Assembly (NCBI GenBank): GCA_046541875.1
Contig: JBKHCL010000003.1
Span: 598-64,597, forward strand
DNA length: 64,000 nt
Origin: Phycisphaerae bacterium
Lineage (GTDB): Bacteria; Planctomycetota; Phycisphaerae; SM23-33
Reading direction: 5' to 3'
The stretch's first letter is position 1. Every line of letters begins with the position of its first letter. The notes beneath the pieces are model-generated. The model ran no database searches, was not told the origin of the DNA, and worked only from the letters and a program-made list of their open reading frames with translations. Shown one piece after another: positions 60,161 through 64,000 of the stretch. The position numbers and the translations under genes were made by a program.

Positions 60161-63100
60161 CTACTTCTTGTCGAGAACAAGGTTCTTGCCGTTGAAGCGA
60201 ACGGTCCGTCGGCCGACGGTGACGGTGGCGCTCAGCCCCTTCCCGGAAACCTTCACATCGGGGTGGGTTTGGCCCTTGGGAACGATCGTACCGACGAAGA
60301 AGAAGTGGTCTTCGCCGGGCACGCGTACCGCATCAATTACGAACTTGAGCTTCGTGCCCTGCGCCTTGCCCCACTTCTTGATGATCTCGCGGATCATCGG
60401 GTCGGTATCGACGTTGACCTTTCGGGGGTAAGCAAAGGTCCCATCAAGCGTGGCGTCGGTCTTCTCCGGTGCGATCGCGAAGCCGTCATCGCGCGTGGTG
60501 ACGATCTGCTTGAGGAGGTTCTCGCCTTTCTTCGCCTTGCCCTCGGGCTTGGGCGGCTGGAAGAGCCACTGGCGGGTGTACTCGTCGCCGCCGTCGATTT
60601 GATCGACCAGGGCGAACAGGCACGGCGCGCCGCTGATCCCGCTGAAGTCGAACGCCAGCGACCGCTTTCCGGTGATGTTGGAGGGCGGGGGGATCTTCTC
60701 GCCCTTGGGAACGCTCACCACCGGGAAGCGCAGATGGCCGTACTTGCTGTACCAGTAGCGACCCTTTCGGCTGTAGATCTCGTCGAGGTCGGCGCTGAGC
60801 ACCATGGTGCGGGCCTTTTCGTCCATCGCCAAGTGTGTGAGGAATGCCCGGCCGCCATCATTCAGGCCGCCTTCGGGCAGCCAGACGACGTTTTCGTTCT
60901 GACGGTTGCGGACGCGGCTGGACGTGCCGGTCGCCCAGTTTTGCCCCAGTCCACGCAGGCGATACGTGCCGGCGTTGGCGCCGTTCCAGCCGCTGATGAT
61001 CTGGCTTTTGAGGAAGACCTGCGCGATGAACGCATCTTCGCCCCAGCCGCTGCGGATGGCGTAATAACCCAAATCGGGCGCTTTCCACACCCGCGGCAGG
61101 TTCGTACCGATCGGCGTGGGCTTCATGTCCAGCGGATAGCTGATAAACGCTCGGACCGGGTCCTCGGCGAGTACTTCGACGGGCAACTCGGTGTTGTCCA
61201 CCTTCTGCCATACCTGCCATGCCTTCAGCACGTCGGTCTTCCATTGCTCGCGGACCACCGGGAACAGTGCGGCGAAGAAGCGGTTGGGGATCGCCGTGGT
61301 ACCGTTGATATCCTGCGGGCCGCCGACGAGTTTGCGCGGGATGTAGTCGGGGTACTGGAAATCCGGCGCCAGGTCGTAGCCCATGACGCGGCGGTACGCA
61401 GGCCAGAGCTTGGCGTGCCCGGACATCGCATCCAGCGAATAATGGCCGACCTCGGCTTGGAAGCCCCCGCGACCGACCGCGTCGGTGCAGTGCAGGTAGC
61501 TGGTAAATCGCGCCAGACGCATCAGCCGCGTGAACGCGGGGTTGCCCCCGCCGGTCCGCTTCCAGGTAGCCAGCACCGTGTCGTAGGCGGACTTTCGCGT
61601 CTCGTACTTGCCCTTGAGCTTCTCGGCCTGCTTGGCCCAGGCCTTTTCGGCTCCCTCTTTGTACGGCCAGATGCCCGGTGCGAAATGCCCCCACTTCATC
61701 CGCCACTGGGCCATCGCCATCAGCGGGTAATAACCCGGTTTGAGCTTCACAACCTGGCCGTGTGACAGCAGCTTGCCCGCCAGGGCCAGCTGCGAAAGAT
61801 TCGCCCGCGAGGTGGGGTTGAAGATCGTGTATTTGCCCGGCTTGTCCACCTTGATCACGGTGTACAGAACGATCGTGAACGGCTTATCGAGCTGCGCCTT
61901 GGCGTTGGCGTGCGGAGAGAGTACCGAATCGATCTCCAGCCCGCCGATTTTGTCGTCCGAACGGAACTTCTCGTTCATCTTCTTGAGCTCAAGACTGAAA
62001 TCGCCCACGTGCAGCGTGTCGCCCGGCTTGGGCCGGAGGTCCTCCAGGCCGTAGAATACCTCTCGCGGATCATCCGGGGTGGCCTGGAACATCGGCTTGG
62101 TGTGCAGCCACTCGGTGGGCGACTGGCCTGGAGTCAGCTTGACGACGGGCACGCCCTTGGCCGGTGTGAAGTCCTTGTCCGGAGGGACGGTTTCCTCAAG
62201 GAACGGCTGCGAGGGAGGCTCGGGCTTGGGGGCCGGTTCGTCGAATACCGCCAGCGCCCCGTGCGTAAGCCCCGAGTACACATTGGCTACATGATTGCTC
62301 ACCACGTGCCAGTTGGTCGTGCCCAGCGACTCGGGCGCGAAGTACGCCTGGAACGCGAAGTTCGCCAGGTACGCGCGGTAGCGACGCTTGAAGTCTTCCG
62401 ACAGCGCGTCGTAGCACAGGTCGTACACCAAGGCCGTCTCCTCCAACTGCGCCCACAGGGGCTTCTTCGGCACAAAGGGGTCGGCACTGGGCTTCTTGCC
62501 GGACAGATACAGCTCGGCCTCCTTCTCGGCCTTCCTGGCCCACTCCTTGTCGCCGGTGAGCTGGTAGAGCATGCCCAACGCCGTAGGCGTACCGGCCTCC
62601 TTCATGCGATTGATCGCAGCCTTGCCGAAGGGCGTGTTCATCTTCGCCTTCAATGCCGGCAACTCGTGCTTGCGGAACAGAATCCGTGGATGCTCCTGTG
62701 GCTGAAGAGGGCGGCGATCCTTGGACCGCTGCGGGGCGTATACTTCACCGGTGGCCGTCCCGCTGACCTTCTCGTCGTTGTATTGGCCGGTGAACGTGCC
62801 GCCCAGCCGACGACCGTCGCGCTTCAGTTCGATCGTGTAACTGCCCTGGCCGCCCTTGATCCACTTGTCGGGCGTGATGACCGTGCCGACCCTGAGCGTG
62901 ATTTCGTCGTTCTTCACGCTTGCCTCGTGGACCGCTCCCTTGTGGAAGGGCATGTTGAAGTTACGCGAAACCGCGTAGACCGCACCCCAGTCATCGCCGT
63001 ACTGCACCAGGTCCATGACCAGCTCGCGCGGGTCGCCGGGGGTGTCTCCGCGGTACATGGCCTTGTCCAGCACCAATTGATAGTAGACGGGCGGAGTTTT

Positions 63101-63196
63101 GGGGGCTTTGGTTTCGTTGTCGGCCTGCTCAGCAACGGCCGGCCCGACCCACGGCCCCAAAAGCAGCAATACGATTGCGTAACGCAGTTTCAGCAT
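60161..63196 (-). CDS. Large secreted protein (1011 aa), heparinase II/III-like or polysaccharide-lyase-like (tentative); paralog of the 30447-34484 protein
   Basis: Signal peptide MLKLRYAIVLLLLGPWVGPAVA. Shares the DKWIKGGQGSYTIELKRDG motif with the 1345-aa protein, plus the GVPVV...DLRPKP domain found in the 589-aa protein. Confidence 0.8.
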   Translation of the reverse strand: MLKLRYAIVLLLLGPWVGPAVAEQADNETKAPKTPPVYYQLVLDKAMYRGDTPGDPRELVMDLVQYGDDWGAVYAVSRNFNMPFHKGAVHEASVKNDEITLRVGTVITPDKWIKGGQGSYTIELKRDGRRLGGTFTGQYNDEKVSGTATGEVYAPQRSKDRRPLQPQEHPRILFRKHELPALKAKMNTPFGKAAINRMKEAGTPTALGMLYQLTGDKEWARKAEKEAELYLSGKKPSADPFVPKKPLWAQLEETALVYDLCYDALSEDFKRRYRAYLANFAFQAYFAPESLGTTNWHVVSNHVANVYSGLTHGALAVFDEPAPKPEPPSQPFLEETVPPDKDFTPAKGVPVVKLTPGQSPTEWLHTKPMFQATPDDPREVFYGLEDLRPKPGDTLHVGDFSLELKKMNEKFRSDDKIGGLEIDSVLSPHANAKAQLDKPFTIVLYTVIKVDKPGKYTIFNPTSRANLSQLALAGKLLSHGQVVKLKPGYYPLMAMAQWRMKWGHFAPGIWPYKEGAEKAWAKQAEKLKGKYETRKSAYDTVLATWKRTGGGNPAFTRLMRLARFTSYLHCTDAVGRGGFQAEVGHYSLDAMSGHAKLWPAYRRVMGYDLAPDFQYPDYIPRKLVGGPQDINGTTAIPNRFFAALFPVVREQWKTDVLKAWQVWQKVDNTELPVEVLAEDPVRAFISYPLDMKPTPIGTNLPRVWKAPDLGYYAIRSGWGEDAFIAQVFLKSQIISGWNGANAGTYRLRGLGQNWATGTSSRVRNRQNENVVWLPEGGLNDGGRAFLTHLAMDEKARTMVLSADLDEIYSRKGRYWYSKYGHLRFPVVSVPKGEKIPPPSNITGKRSLAFDFSGISGAPCLFALVDQIDGGDEYTRQWLFQPPKPEGKAKKGENLLKQIVTTRDDGFAIAPEKTDATLDGTFAYPRKVNVDTDPMIREIIKKWGKAQGTKLKFVIDAVRVPGEDHFFFVGTIVPKGQTHPDVKVSGKGLSATVTVGRRTVRFNGKNLVLDKK

Positions 63197-63516
63197 GATT
63201 CAGTCTCCGATCAGTTGTCCGGATTTCACTGGGGTGATGCATTGAATTGCAGGACATAGTATACGGTAAGCGGAGGCTGAGTTGAACTTCCGTTCTCCGC
63301 TCCGCCTGCGAGTTGTGTGCGACATAAATTGGGGGCGGCGTGTCAGGCGGCACGTTGGAATTTCCGGTAGTCATTCCACAGGCGGCTGTTGTCCAAGGCG
63401 GTCAGGGCCATCATGGCATCGGCGTTGTCGGTGTCCCATCGCATGCCCGGGCCTTTGACCCGCGCGGTAGTCGTGCCGCACTGGCTCTCGGTCGGCCCGG
63501 ACCCGCAATCGTAGCC

Positions 63517-64000
63517 TTGGGCAACGAAACGGGGAAGACCGTCGAAGCGCTGCGGGCGAAGCTCACCACCGACCACGCCGACCAGGCCGCCCACGCACTG
63601 GTTGCCTTCGCCGAAAAGATGCCGAAGCAAACGGCCGCCGCCAAGGCCGAACTGATCAACCTGCTGACTTCCAAAAACGCCAAAGTCGCCATCGCCGCCG
63701 CGAATTGCTTGCGGCAGGTACCGCTCGGCAAAGAGGCGGTTGCGCCGCTTAAACATACGGTCCTGAAAGTCGACCATCAGCCGGCCGAGCCGTTGCTGAA
63801 GGGCTACTGCAAAGACGCGCTGATTGAAATCGTTCGTAATCAAGGGTCCGGCGAAGCGGAGGCAGGGGCGGCACTGGTCGAGATCCATCGCGCTGATAAG
63901 CGTTTCGCCAGTGATGTCTGCAGACTGCTGAACATTGAGTTCCAGGCAGTGAAAGACCCTGCCGTAGCGAAGCGTTTCGCAGATATCGCGTTGAAGATCG
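63517..64000 (+). CDS. HEAT/PBS-lyase-like repeat protein, 3'-truncated at the window end (start uncertain)
   Basis: The plus frame is open from 63328 to the window end. It encodes repeated A/L-rich helices (LRAKLTTDHADQAAHALVAFAEK...ELINLLTSKNAKVAIAAANCLRQV...). Not in the ORF track because there is no stop. The antisense ORF 63343-63888 is compositionally junk. Confidence 0.4.
   Translation, partial: MGNETGKTVEALRAKLTTDHADQAAHALVAFAEKMPKQTAAAKAELINLLTSKNAKVAIAAANCLRQVPLGKEAVAPLKHTVLKVDHQPAEPLLKGYCKDALIEIVRNQGSGEAEAGAALVEIHRADKRFASDVCRLLNIEFQAVKDPAVAKRFADIALKI

Noticed and set aside
63343-63888. Minus-strand 181-aa ORF at the window end
   Set aside because: Junk-like composition. The plus strand encodes a HEAT-repeat-like partial protein that is open to the window end.

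Overview
This 64-kb window is high-GC (~65%) bacterial DNA with dense coding, many signal-peptide and lipoprotein genes, and a Tat-signal enzyme. That looks like a Planctomycetota/PVC-type genome, but the taxon is a guess. Four blocks are recognisable.

(i) Positions 1-2470 hold a 5'-partial secreted protein on the minus strand and an NhaP-type cation/H+ antiporter.

(ii) Positions 3048-16286 form a 13-kb, six-gene plus-strand operon. It reads as two paralogous three-part modules (MacB/LolD-type ABC ATPase + OPT-like polytopic membrane protein + FtsX-like permease). One FtsX-like permease is embedded in a ~1970-aa secreted giant carrying PA/M28-like (apparently zinc-ligand-degenerate) and LysM domains. 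I regard this as the most novel system in the window.

(iii) Positions 16394-50327 are a carbohydrate-utilisation island. It carries two GH clan-A paralogs, a GH2, a GH94 phosphorylase, lacZ (GH2), a GH10 xylanase, xylA, a Tat-signal enolase-superfamily dehydratase, two Gfo/Idh/MocA oxidoreductases, large heparinase-like secreted proteins and an SBBP beta-propeller protein. Inside it sit two anomalies: a 144-bp perfect direct repeat duplicating the 3' end of the GH2 gene around a lower-GC 650-bp insert that encodes a small membrane protein, and a 70-aa small ORF with its own RBS and terminator just upstream of a fused ABC exporter.

(iv) Positions 51135-58186 are housekeeping: a COG1579 zinc-ribbon gene, rnhA, dnaG and rpoD, with a good sigma70-like promoter before rpoD, followed by a receiver/HD-GYP response regulator. 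Beyond that are more secreted paralogs (an esterase fusion and a heparinase-like protein) and a 3'-truncated HEAT-repeat gene at the window end.

No rRNA, tRNA, CRISPR array, transposase or integrase was recognised. Coordinates of motifs that I located by reading the sequence rather than from the ORF track may be off by a base or two.
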